Sequence record: SRR9188677_161
Direction: 5' to 3' (one strand)
DNA length: 64,000 bases
Notes under the pieces: model-generated
Told to the model about the DNA's origin: nothing
What the model saw: only the letters and a program-made list of their open reading frames with translations
The model's database searches: none
Shown: positions 19,989-30,300 of the stretch, in pieces
Numbering within the stretch: the first letter of the stretch is position 1
Layout: the number at the start of each line of letters is the position of its first letter
Position numbers and translations under genes: made by a program

Positions 19989-20852
19989 ATGAAAAAAATT
20001 ACCCTAGGAATTCTATTATTCTCATCATTTATCAGCTTTAGCCAGACCACCCTTATCAACCCAAATGGAGATGGCGGTTTTGAAAACGGCCCAAGCTTTG
20101 CCGATAACGGATGGACCGCCATAGGGCCGCCATCAAACATGAACCGCCGCTGGTATTGCGGTACAGGCCAGGCCGGATATACCGGAGCGCGGTGTGCTTT
20201 TATAGGGAATAACGAAACTACTGTCGGGACCGCAACAGGCGCAAAGAAAGTACACCTGTACAAATCGATTGCGATTCCTGCCGGGGCAACGAACATTGTT
20301 TTAACCTTCAAGTACAAACAGGCTGTTTCAGACTTCGCCGGAACTACGTACTATGATTATGTAACTGTGGCAACAGGCACCGCCATACCAGAAACAGGAA
20401 ACCTGTACAGTTCGGGAACGACGCACTTTGGCCCTTTTCCCAATGCAGACCTCCCAACCTTTACAAGCCAAACGGTTACACTGCCCAATTCACTTGCAGG
20501 AACTACGACCAACCTGGTTTTTTCCTTCATATGCGATAATGTGGACCCGGTTGGGTATGGGGCTATTGACGATGTATCATTGGTTTACACCCCAAACCTT
20601 TCAGTAATGGATAGTGCCGATAAAAACCAAACCTCTTTTTACCCGAACCCGGTTAAAGAAACACTATATCTATCGAATACTATTGCCATTGAAGAAGTTC
20701 AGATTTTCAACATGCTCGGACAAGCTGTCCTTAGCAAAAGAATAAACGCAACGGAAGGGATAATAGATGTTTCTTCCTTGTCTGCCGGAAGTTATATTGT
20801 GAAAACAAAAACACTGGACACGGAACAGACCCTTAAGATTTTAAAAGACTAA
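19989..20852 (+). CDS. T9SS type A cargo with a single putative adhesin/beta-sandwich domain
   Basis: Signal peptide MKKITLG; GDGGFENG...AIDDVSL domain; FYPNPV...GSYIVK CTD. Confidence 0.85.
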   Translation: MKKITLGILLFSSFISFSQTTLINPNGDGGFENGPSFADNGWTAIGPPSNMNRRWYCGTGQAGYTGARCAFIGNNETTVGTATGAKKVHLYKSIAIPAGATNIVLTFKYKQAVSDFAGTTYYDYVTVATGTAIPETGNLYSSGTTHFGPFPNADLPTFTSQTVTLPNSLAGTTTNLVFSFICDNVDPVGYGAIDDVSLVYTPNLSVMDSADKNQTSFYPNPVKETLYLSNTIAIEEVQIFNMLGQAVLSKRINATEGIIDVSSLSAGSYIVKTKTLDTEQTLKILKD

Positions 20853-20856
20853 CCGC

Positions 20857-20889
20857 AAAAGGGAACCCAAATCGGGTTCCTTTTTTTTT
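20857..20889 (+). terminator. Intrinsic terminator
   Basis: GGAACCC-aaatc-GGGTTCC followed by T9. Confidence 0.8.
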
Positions 20890-20963
20890 GTAAAATTGTG
20901 TTAACGATTAAACCTTTTAAAAGCGAGGGTGTCCAACGACCAAATCATTAAAAAATTTATAAG

Positions 20964-21377
20964 ATGAAAAAAGTATTTATGGCCGCATTATTAGTTGTTG
21001 GAATGACAGCTTTTGCACAGGAAAAAGAAGGAAAAAGAGAAGGAAGGGAAAAACTGACAACCGAACAGAAAGTTGACCATCAGGTAAAAAAACTGCACAA
21101 CGACTTAAACCTGAACGACAAACAGACCGAACAGGTTAAAGCATTAGTAACCAAACAGGTTCAGAAAAGGGAAGAAAAAAGAAAAGAAATCCAGGAATCC
21201 AAAGACAAAAAAAGAGAGGAAATAAGGGCAGAAATGCAAGCAAACCAAGCAGCAATGGCTTCTGAAATGAAAAAAATCCTTACTCCTGAGCAATTTGCCA
21301 AATGGGAGAAAAACCGCGCAGACCAAATCGAGAAGATGAAAGAAAAAATGGCTGACAGAAAAGCTAAAAAAGAATAA
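20964..21377 (+). CDS. Secreted helical charged protein (DUF4890/Spy-CpxP-like)
   Basis: Signal peptide; LNLNDKQ and ILTPEQF motifs. Confidence 0.7.
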   Translation: MKKVFMAALLVVGMTAFAQEKEGKREGREKLTTEQKVDHQVKKLHNDLNLNDKQTEQVKALVTKQVQKREEKRKEIQESKDKKREEIRAEMQANQAAMASEMKKILTPEQFAKWEKNRADQIEKMKEKMADRKAKKE

Positions 21378-21463
21378 GTTACTCAAGTTAACAAAATAAA
21401 TTTTGTGTTTTCGTCTAAATAAATTAGCTTTGGAGTTATTATTCCACTAAAAAAATATACACA

Positions 21464-21802
21464 ATGAAAAAATTAATTGCTGCTTTGATGTTACTTTTCG
21501 CATTTTCTCTTACCGCGAATGCACAGGAAACTAAAGGTTATGTTGGTTTAGACTCTACTCAAAAAGCAAAAAAACAAGCTGCTGAATTAGGCGAATATCT
21601 TGGATTAGACGCAACAACAACTACTAATTTCGCAATGCTTTTCGAACAAAAATTCCAAATACTGGATGATAAAAATGCAGAAGCGGAAAGAAAAGCGGAA
21701 ATGTCAAGAGTGGTTGAGATGAAGATCAGAGCTTCTTTAGATGGAAACCAAATGGAAAAATTAGAGAAAAACCCTGATTTACTAAAGAGATTGATAAACT
21801 AG
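21464..21802 (+). CDS. Secreted hypothetical protein
   Basis: Signal peptide ending ANA-Q; helical; followed by a terminator. Confidence 0.75.
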   Translation: MKKLIAALMLLFAFSLTANAQETKGYVGLDSTQKAKKQAAELGEYLGLDATTTTNFAMLFEQKFQILDDKNAEAERKAEMSRVVEMKIRASLDGNQMEKLEKNPDLLKRLIN

Positions 21803-21820
21803 GTTTTTTTACTACCAGAT

Positions 21821-21853
21821 AAAAAAAGTCCCGATTAAAATCGGGACTTTTTT
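21821..21853. terminator. Bidirectional intrinsic terminator
   Basis: AAAAAAAGTCCCGATT-aa-AATCGGGACTTTTTT between convergent genes. Confidence 0.85.
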
Positions 21854-21855
21854 AT

Positions 21856-23142
21856 TTATAAGCTTTTTGAAACCTTATCTATGGCAGCGATCGTAAAATC
21901 AAGATCTTCATAAGTTAAGGCATCTGTAATGAACCAGGTTTCATAAGCCGATGGCGCAATATAAACCCCTTCGCGCAACAATCCGTGGAAGAATTTTTTA
22001 AAGCTATCGTTATCACCGTTCTTGGCTGTCTGAAAATCACAAACCGGATCGGCATCAAAATGCACTGAAATCATGGACCCTACCCTATTGATGGTGAATA
22101 CGACACCATTTTCAGCAAGCACTTTCTCAATTCCCTTATGCAGATAAGCTGTTTTCTCTTCCAGCCTTTTGAAGATTTCGGAATCACTATCCAAAGACTG
22201 AAGCATCGCATATCCTGCCGCCATTGCCAAAGGATTTCCAGACAATGTCCCTGCCTGATAAACAGGCCCAATGGGAGAAAGATAATTCATGATTTCATTT
22301 CTTGCAGCAAAAGCACCAACAGGCAAGCCGCCCCCGATTACTTTTCCGAAACAAACAATATCAGCCCTTACGTTATATAATTCCTGAGCACCACCTTTAG
22401 CCAGTCGAAATCCGGTCATCACTTCATCAAAAATAAGCAAAGCCCCGTTCTGATTGCAAACTTCCCTTAAAGCCTCTAAAAATCCTTCTTTTGGCGGTAC
22501 GCAACCCATATTGCCCGCAACAGGCTCAATAATGATTGCCGCGATCTCATTTTTATTGGATTCAAATACTGCTTTTACATTATCCAAGTCATTGTAATTT
22601 GCAAGCAGTGTATCTTTTGCAGTTCCTTGGGTAACTCCCGGGGAATTCGGTGTTCCGAATGTACTGGCACCACTCCCCGCCTGAATGAGGAAAGAATCAG
22701 AATGGCCGTGATAACACCCGGCAAACTTTATGATTTTATCTCTTTTGGTGTAACCGCGAGCCAACCGGATGGCACTCATACAGGCTTCGGTTCCGGAATT
22801 CACAAAACGGATCTTATCGATATTCGGAACCATGGAAACCGCTAATTCGGCAATCTTGGTTTCGAGTTCTGTTGGCATACCAAACGAGGTGCCTTTTTGC
22901 GCCTTTTCGATTATCGCATCAACCACCGGCTGGTAAGCATGGCCTAAAATCATCGGCCCCCAGGAATTGATATAGTCAATCAGGCGGTTACCGTCCTCAT
23001 CATACAGATAAGCACCTTTGGCACTTTTGGCAAAAATCGGTGTTCCGCCCACACCCTTAAAGGCACGAACAGGCGAATTCACTCCGCCTGGCAATACTTT
23101 TTCAGCTTCAGCAAACAACTGGCTGCTTCTTTGATAAATCAT
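21856..23142 (-). CDS. hemL: Glutamate-1-semialdehyde 2,1-aminomutase
   Basis: [44 protein letters not shown]. Confidence 0.97.
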   Translation of the reverse strand: MIYQRSSQLFAEAEKVLPGGVNSPVRAFKGVGGTPIFAKSAKGAYLYDEDGNRLIDYINSWGPMILGHAYQPVVDAIIEKAQKGTSFGMPTELETKIAELAVSMVPNIDKIRFVNSGTEACMSAIRLARGYTKRDKIIKFAGCYHGHSDSFLIQAGSGASTFGTPNSPGVTQGTAKDTLLANYNDLDNVKAVFESNKNEIAAIIIEPVAGNMGCVPPKEGFLEALREVCNQNGALLIFDEVMTGFRLAKGGAQELYNVRADIVCFGKVIGGGLPVGAFAARNEIMNYLSPIGPVYQAGTLSGNPLAMAAGYAMLQSLDSDSEIFKRLEEKTAYLHKGIEKVLAENGVVFTINRVGSMISVHFDADPVCDFQTAKNGDNDSFKKFFHGLLREGVYIAPSAYETWFITDALTYEDLDFTIAAIDKVSKSL

Positions 23143-23154
23143 AGTTGAATTGTA

Positions 23155-24066
23155 TTATTTGACAATGATGCTTTGTCCAAGGGAAATACCATTGTCGCTT
23201 AAATTGTTTTTCTTTTTCAAGTCTTCTATCGAAATGTTGAACCTTTTCGAAATCGAATATAGCGTATCCCCTTTAATCACGGTATATTTTTCAACATCCT
23301 GGGCATATACATTAGGTTTTGCTGCAATAGCAGGAACATACTCTTTCCCTAAAACTTCGGCGTCGTATTTATTCAATTGATAGCGTTCGATCAATCCGAT
23401 AAGCTTATCCGGATATTTTACATCTGTTGCATAACCCGCGGCTTTTAAACCGTAAGCCCAGCTTTTGTAATCGTCTTTCTGGAATTCGAAAAGCTCAGCA
23501 TAACGCGGCCTGCTGGTCAGGAAATAAGAATGGTCCTTGAACGATTCACTCGGATCCATATATTTTCTGAAACACTCGTTTTCCGCATCGTCTGTATACT
23601 TAATGCTCGGGCCTGTCCATTCTTTGTGGCATTTGATCCCGAAATGGTTGTTGGCCTGCATGCTCAAAGGACCGGTTCCTGCACCAGACTCCAGGATGGC
23701 CTGACCCAGTGTAATACTTGCCGGGATTCCGGTTCTGGTCATGTTTTCCTTCGCAACAGCTTTGTATTTTTCGATATAAGCCAAAACCATGGCCGTAGTG
23801 ACTTTTACCCTTGTGGTAGCTTCCAGGATTTCAGTTGAGCCTCCTGAAACAGTTGCTGTTGGTGTAACCATTGGCGCATCTCCTTTTGTAACCGCTACCG
23901 GATTGCTTTTCGTAGCCGGCCGGTAAATCGGTTTTTTCACTCTTTGGGCTACAGGAGTTGAAGTTTTTCTCGGATCTGGCTGTGAAGTCCTAACTGTAGT
24001 AGAACGGTTTGCGCTACAAGACGCAATAAAAACCATAAGCAGCAGTAAAGCAAGTTTCTTAATCAT
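23155..24066 (-). CDS. GH73 glucosaminidase-LysM lipoprotein
   Basis: Lipobox IASC; PASITLGQAILESG, NNHFGIKC, GYATD; C-terminal LysM (YTVIKGDTLYSIS). Confidence 0.9.
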   Translation of the reverse strand: MIKKLALLLLMVFIASCSANRSTTVRTSQPDPRKTSTPVAQRVKKPIYRPATKSNPVAVTKGDAPMVTPTATVSGGSTEILEATTRVKVTTAMVLAYIEKYKAVAKENMTRTGIPASITLGQAILESGAGTGPLSMQANNHFGIKCHKEWTGPSIKYTDDAENECFRKYMDPSESFKDHSYFLTSRPRYAELFEFQKDDYKSWAYGLKAAGYATDVKYPDKLIGLIERYQLNKYDAEVLGKEYVPAIAAKPNVYAQDVEKYTVIKGDTLYSISKRFNISIEDLKKKNNLSDNGISLGQSIIVK

Positions 24067-24970
24067 CGACATTAATTTCTAGTTGTTTTTTCTGTTTCAA
24101 TAAATTGTTCATTCCGGCAATTCCTTGCAATCCTCCGGTATGAATCATGAGGATTTTAGAATTTTCGGCAAAATAACCCTTCCGGATTAAATCTATAACG
24201 CCAAAAACCATCTTTCCTGTATAAATTGGGTCTAAAATAATTTTATGCGCCCGATAAAACGCGTTGATAAAGCGGATCAATTCTTCAGAAACCCTTCCGT
24301 AACCTCCAAAATGATAGTCGGTAATCAGATCCCAATTCGGCTTGGTGGCAAATCTACAAATATCTTCCCTTAAAAATTCACCCTTTAACGCAGGAAAACC
24401 CAAAACTTGTTGACCAGGTTTTGAACAATTTATAAGCCCGGAAATCGTCCCGCCCGTCCCCACAGGACAGCAGACATAATCAAAGAACCCATCGTTTTGA
24501 GTCAGTATTTCTTCGCATCCTTTTACTGCAAAATCGTTGGTTCCTCCTTCAGGAATGAGGTAGAAATCACCAAACTTACCAGTCAATTCCTGGATGAATT
24601 CCGGATTATTCTTTTCCCGATACTTTTCTCTCGAAACAAATTCAAAAGACATCCCTAACTGCTCAGCTTTCTGTAATGTTGGATTATCGGATATTTTGCT
24701 TTGGAGTTCTTCCCCGCGGATGATGCCTATGGTCTTGAATCCATATTCGTTTCCGGCTGCCGCAACTGCTAAAACATGATTGGAAAATGCCCCGCCGAAA
24801 GTGAGTAGCGTTTGTTTCTTTTCCTCTTTCGCCTGAACCAGATTGTACTTTAGCTTTCTGTATTTATTCCCGGAAATTAGCGGATGCAGCAAATCCTCCC
24901 GCTTGATGTAAAGCGAAATATTCGGGTGCTGAATAGTGATTTTCTGATTGCTGCTTTCGGAAAAATTCAT
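24059..24970 (-). CDS. ACC deaminase/D-cysteine desulfhydrase family PLP enzyme
   Basis: KREDL...SGNKYRKL, GGAFSNH, PEGG, LDPIYTGK, HTGGLQG. Confidence 0.9.
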   Translation of the reverse strand: MNFSESSNQKITIQHPNISLYIKREDLLHPLISGNKYRKLKYNLVQAKEEKKQTLLTFGGAFSNHVLAVAAAGNEYGFKTIGIIRGEELQSKISDNPTLQKAEQLGMSFEFVSREKYREKNNPEFIQELTGKFGDFYLIPEGGTNDFAVKGCEEILTQNDGFFDYVCCPVGTGGTISGLINCSKPGQQVLGFPALKGEFLREDICRFATKPNWDLITDYHFGGYGRVSEELIRFINAFYRAHKIILDPIYTGKMVFGVIDLIRKGYFAENSKILMIHTGGLQGIAGMNNLLKQKKQLEINVDD

Positions 24971-25030
24971 TTTTCAAAATTAGGCATTGGAAATAAAAAA
25001 AGCGATACTTAAACCGCCTTTTGTGTACTG

Positions 25031-26848
25031 TTATTTTTTGGAGGAAACCAGTATTTTCTGCCCGACGCTTTGCCCGTCAGCCGATTCTACTTTTACTAAA
25101 TAAACCGCATCGCTGAAAGAAGCCATAGAAAACTCATAATTCGCCCTTGAACCCAATTTTGTTTTGTGGAACAACAGTTTTCCGCCTATATCAAACAAGG
25201 ATATTGATTTCACTTCGATCAAATTCGGATTTGAAACGGTAAGCATTTGAGTAGCATTGTTCTGTACAATCGCTACATTTTCTTTTATCGGATTGTTAAC
25301 CCCTAAAGCATTGCCATCCCTAAAAGTAATTTCAAAACGGTTGTTGTAAGTACCTGTTGAAAGCATTACCTCGTAATCATTCAGCCTAAGATTGTGATAA
25401 GATCCATCAAAGGCATCATAAAGGTAAACCGGCTGATTCTCATCAAAATCTACAGCCTGCATAAGATTAAATCGGAACGGAGTATTGTTAGTTACGCTAA
25501 CCCCCAAAGGAACTCTTTTGGCCACATCGAAAGCGACCCCCTCAATAACGTATCTTTCATTTTCCAGAAAGAAATAAACATCATTGGTCAAATCAGGATC
25601 CGGGCTTAGGGCATCAATCCCCCTGTCAACACCATCAGTAGCGTGCGGCATAAAGGTAAGGGCCAACTGGCGTGTGTTTTGGTTGTTTATAATGGTATTC
25701 AGCCTTAGGTGTGAAGTGGTATTTATGCCTACATTATCCCTGTTAGCAGCACCATTGGCATTCCTTTCAAACTCGGAATAAGCCCCGGCTTCTTTATAAT
25801 ATTCCCTGTGGCTGTTTTTCAGGGTTACCGAAGTTGGCGAACCTGTCGCCTTTCCCTTAACCATAAATCCCTGACCAATCGGAGCATATTTCCTTTGGAT
25901 GGAAAGGCCCGAAGAAGATCCGGTTGTATTTACCGTCCCGTCTAAATTATAACTATTGAAAAAAGCCGGAACATATACGCCATAATCCGTAGGCCCGGTT
26001 CCGCCAGGAGCAAAAGTCCCGTAACCTCCCCGGTAAGCCAAAATTGCGTGTGAGTTTACCGATTTATTCTGTTCCCAATAATAAGCGATACCGGTACAAT
26101 CTGTATTGGCCGGATCCAACAGAAAAGCATTTACGTGCAAGGCAGATGGGTAAGGATTACCGGTTAAGGTAAAATTATTTGCAGCCACAATTACAGGAAT
26201 ATTCCCATCATTGGGCTTCCCCCTAAAATCATAGCGCTGATAGTCATTGATCCCGCCGCTTCCGGCCGGATTGTTAAATGTAGCCTCCCCGATACCTGCG
26301 GTAGTGTCATCCCCGGAAACTCCTTTCATGGTGAATCCCTGGCCTGCAGCAATATTCGATGCAGCGTAAGAATGCGACCATCCGGAATAATCCGGAAGCG
26401 CCAAAAACCTAAATATCCAATAAGAAGAAACCGTTAAAGCCGAAGGAGCCGAAGTTCCGTTCAACCCACCGGTTACCGTGATCGGATTAGAAGCTGTTAC
26501 CGAAGTTGGCACGTTAAGCATGGTAATCCCAAAATCTTCATTCCCCGAAGAAGAAGATGCATTCCCTACAGGCGAACACCAGTAATTATAAGCAAAATTA
26601 TTAACGGTACCTTCCTGAAATACAGACAATTTCCCTGGACCTTTGTTAGTCGACGCTCCAGTGGTACCTTGCACAAACTGACCTTCATTTCTAAGATAGA
26701 AATTACTGTTAGCATTATTGAGTTCTAAATTCCCTTTAGCATAAACCACGCTTCCTTTATTATAAATATAGGCGTCTTTCACATACAGTTGTGCAAAAAC
26801 GGAGTTAAGGCAAAGTATAAAGACCGAAACAAACAAAGCTCTTTTCAT
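25031..26848 (-). CDS. T9SS type A cargo protein of unknown function
   Basis: Signal peptide; YNYWCSPV, GQGF, GNPYPSA module; C-terminal CTD (LFDIGGK...VYLVKV...KILV). Confidence 0.82.
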   Translation of the reverse strand: MKRALFVSVFILCLNSVFAQLYVKDAYIYNKGSVVYAKGNLELNNANSNFYLRNEGQFVQGTTGASTNKGPGKLSVFQEGTVNNFAYNYWCSPVGNASSSSGNEDFGITMLNVPTSVTASNPITVTGGLNGTSAPSALTVSSYWIFRFLALPDYSGWSHSYAASNIAAGQGFTMKGVSGDDTTAGIGEATFNNPAGSGGINDYQRYDFRGKPNDGNIPVIVAANNFTLTGNPYPSALHVNAFLLDPANTDCTGIAYYWEQNKSVNSHAILAYRGGYGTFAPGGTGPTDYGVYVPAFFNSYNLDGTVNTTGSSSGLSIQRKYAPIGQGFMVKGKATGSPTSVTLKNSHREYYKEAGAYSEFERNANGAANRDNVGINTTSHLRLNTIINNQNTRQLALTFMPHATDGVDRGIDALSPDPDLTNDVYFFLENERYVIEGVAFDVAKRVPLGVSVTNNTPFRFNLMQAVDFDENQPVYLYDAFDGSYHNLRLNDYEVMLSTGTYNNRFEITFRDGNALGVNNPIKENVAIVQNNATQMLTVSNPNLIEVKSISLFDIGGKLLFHKTKLGSRANYEFSMASFSDAVYLVKVESADGQSVGQKILVSSKK

Positions 26849-27317
26849 AAGTCAATTATTTAGAGCTCAAAAGTACGAATAATTTTTTCATCCGGTTTTA
26901 CAAAGGCAGTAAAATCGATGATCTGCATCATTTATCCTGCTGTTAACCAAGTATTTTACTGTTTTACACAAAAAAAACAGCAACCTTAAGTTCCCTTTCT
27001 TTTCGATTTGATTAGACATTTTCCGTAGCATAAAATTTTAAGCTTTTATGGACATCTATGCAAGAATCCTATTTCAGACTTACAGAAGTTTTGAGGAAAA
27101 ATTTCAAGATTCTTTTTAACTGAATGCTTGCATAAACAAATGCAAATCTTACAAAAATCAAAGCCCTGATAGGCAGTTTGGAAAAATTTAAGTTCCTACA
27201 ACGTCAAAAAAATGCTATTCGTCGATTTTGTCAATTTTATAACTATTTTACTGAGATATTTCTATGTTAAATGTTAAATTTATTAATTAATTTATACCCA
27301 AATTCAAAGATTGATAT

Positions 27318-30300
27318 ATGACAAAGAACTACCCATGCGCAATTAAAAAACCTACATTTAAAACGTTTTTGATGCTGGTTTGCATTTTATTTGCAAATAC
27401 GATTCATTCTCAAATTGTTCTGATTTCGCCTACTGGAGATGGAGGCTTCGAAAACGGAACTACTTTTGCTTTAAATGGATGGACGGCTGCAAACGGCGGA
27501 AACACCAATAGGAACTGGTATGTAGGAACCGGTCAAGCCGGATATACTGGTGCAAGATGTGCTTTTATTGGAAACAGCGCAACAACAGTCGGCACTAATG
27601 GATCAGCCCGTATTCAGCATTTTTACAGATCTATTACGATCCCGGCAGGCGCCACAAATATCCAATTGAGCTTTAAATACAAGCAGGCTACCGCGGATTA
27701 CACCAATCCGACATTCTATGATTTTATTTCTGTATCTACCAGCAATACCATCCCAATTGGAAATACAGCACCTCCTGGCGCTACTGTTTTTGGGCCCTTC
27801 CCAACTGTAGCAGTACCTAATTTCACCACACAGAATGCCACATTATCCAATGCACTAGCCGGAACGACTACGAATCTTATCTTTACATTTCAATGTGACG
27901 GTTTCACTCCCGACGCATATGGCGCAATTGACGACATATCGCTAACCTATACCCTACCGCCAACCATCACTAGCCTCGGTGCAGCAAGCGGATGCCAGGG
28001 AAATTCTTTAACCATCAACGGAACAAATTTAACAGGCGCAACTTCCGTAACCATAGGCGGAACAGCTGCAGCAATAACGGCCAATACAGGAACATCAATA
28101 ACGGTTACTATTGGAGCAGGAACAACCGGAACTGTTTCGGTAACAACTCCTGGCGGAACAGCAACATCAGCAGCTACTTTTACTGTAAATCCTCTTCCCG
28201 CTGCGATTGCCGGTGGAGCCGCAACAGTATGTACCGGAAACACTACTCCCGCTTTCACCAATGCGACTGCTGGTGGAACCTGGTCTATTACAAACGGTAC
28301 TGGAACCGCTACAATATCGGCAGGTGGCGTGGTTACCGCAGCAAATGCAGGAAGCGTTACTGTAGTTTATACTTTACCGACAGGATGCAGCAGGACGGCA
28401 GGTTTAACAATACAGCAAACACCGGGAGCAATTGCCGGCGGTTCCCCAACAGTCTGCACAGGAGTTCCAAGCCCTGCATTCACTAATCCGGATGCCGGAG
28501 GAACCTGGAGCGTGACCAACGGAACCGGAGCAGCAACAATAACATCCCCTGGAGGAATCCTTACCGGAACATCCGCAGGGACAGTCACTGTAGTTTATGC
28601 CATAGGATCGTGTGTCCCTTCAACTTATGCCGTTACTGTGCATCCCAGCCCGGCAGCTATTGGAGGTGCGGCAACGGTATGCGTAGGGGCAACAATAACC
28701 CAGACTAATGCAACCGCCGGAGGAACTTGGTCTGTTACCAATGGAACAGGAACCGCATCAATCGCCCCGACCGGAGATCTTTTGGGAATTACCCCGGGAA
28801 CGGTAACCGTAAATTATACCGTAGGAAGTTGCACGGCAACAAAAACCATAACCGTTACGCCCCCACCAGGAGCAATTGGAGGTGGGGCAGCTACAGTATG
28901 CGCTGGGTCGGCAACTCCTGCTTTTACTAATCCTAATGCAGGTGGAACATGGTCTATCCTAAACGGAACAGGATCTGCAACAATCACATCAGGTGGTATA
29001 GCTACCGGTGTATCAGCAGGAACCGTCACTGTAGTTTACACTATCGGGTCCTGTACGCCATCAACCATTCCTTTAACCGTAAACCCTTTACCTGCAGCAA
29101 TCGCAGGCTCAGCAACGGTATGTACCGGAACGACTACTACCATGACTGATGCAACTCCCGGAGGGGCATGGTCTATAGTAAACGGAAGTGGATCTGCCAC
29201 AATAACAGCCGGAGGTGTTGTTACACCTGTAACTGTTGGAAACGTGTCGGTAGTATATACCTTACCTACGAGCTGCAACGTAACTAAAGCATTAGCGGTA
29301 CAGCAAACTCCGGGAGCTATTGGAGGCGGCGCGGCAACCGTTTGCGCTGGTTCGTCTACACCAGCGTTTACCAACCCGAATGCAGGTGGAACATGGTCGG
29401 TTACTAACGGAACAGGTTCCGCCACAATAACAGCAGGTGGAATCCTTAGCGGAGTGACCGCCGGAACCGTAACAGTAAATTACACAATAGGCAGCTGTGT
29501 TGCTTCGACTTATGCGGCAACTGTGCTTGCAACACCTGCAGCGCCAACAGCACCTGTAAATTCCAACATAACCAATTCCGGTTTTACAGTAAGCTGGACC
29601 GCTTCGGCAGGAGCCGTAAATTATGTTCTGGAAGTTTATACCAATCCAGGCATGACGATTGCTGCACCCGGATCACCTTTCACCGTAGCAAGCCCAACCG
29701 TTACGTACACCGTTGGAGGATTGAACGCCTACACGACCTATTATTACAGAATCAGAGCCACAAACCCTAACTGCAATAGCACTTATGTAAATGGCAGTGT
29801 GACTACTTTATTGATTAACGACAACTGTTCCGGAGCAATTGGTCTGACTGTAAACCCGTCGCCTGTATGTTCTGCTTATGCAAACGGAACTTCAGTTGGT
29901 GCCACCCAGTCGTTAGTGGGGTGTGCAGGTAATGCAGATGATGATGTTTGGTACAGTTTTACAGCAACAGGAACTTCTCATTATGTAATTGTTGCTCCTG
30001 TTTCGCTTAACAATGTGGTTTTTGAAGTATTTTACGGAAATTGTTCAGGACTCACCTCAATGGGGTGTGTTGATGTCACCACTGGTGCACAAAATGAATC
30101 CGCTATATTAACCGGGCTGACTCTGGGAACTACTTATTACGTCAGAGTATACAGCAGAGGAGCTGCAGCCAATGCGGGCACTTTCCAAATTTGCGTATCC
30201 ACGCCAATACCAAACGACGAATGCACCGGGGCTATTCCTTTGACGGTTTCAAACACTTGCTCTTATTCAACTTATACCAATATAGGGGCGACTGACAGTA

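Noticed and set aside
26885-27235. Possible LytTR-type direct repeats (TCGATGA/TCGTCGA) in the divergent promoter region
   Set aside because: Too degenerate, with no consistent spacing.
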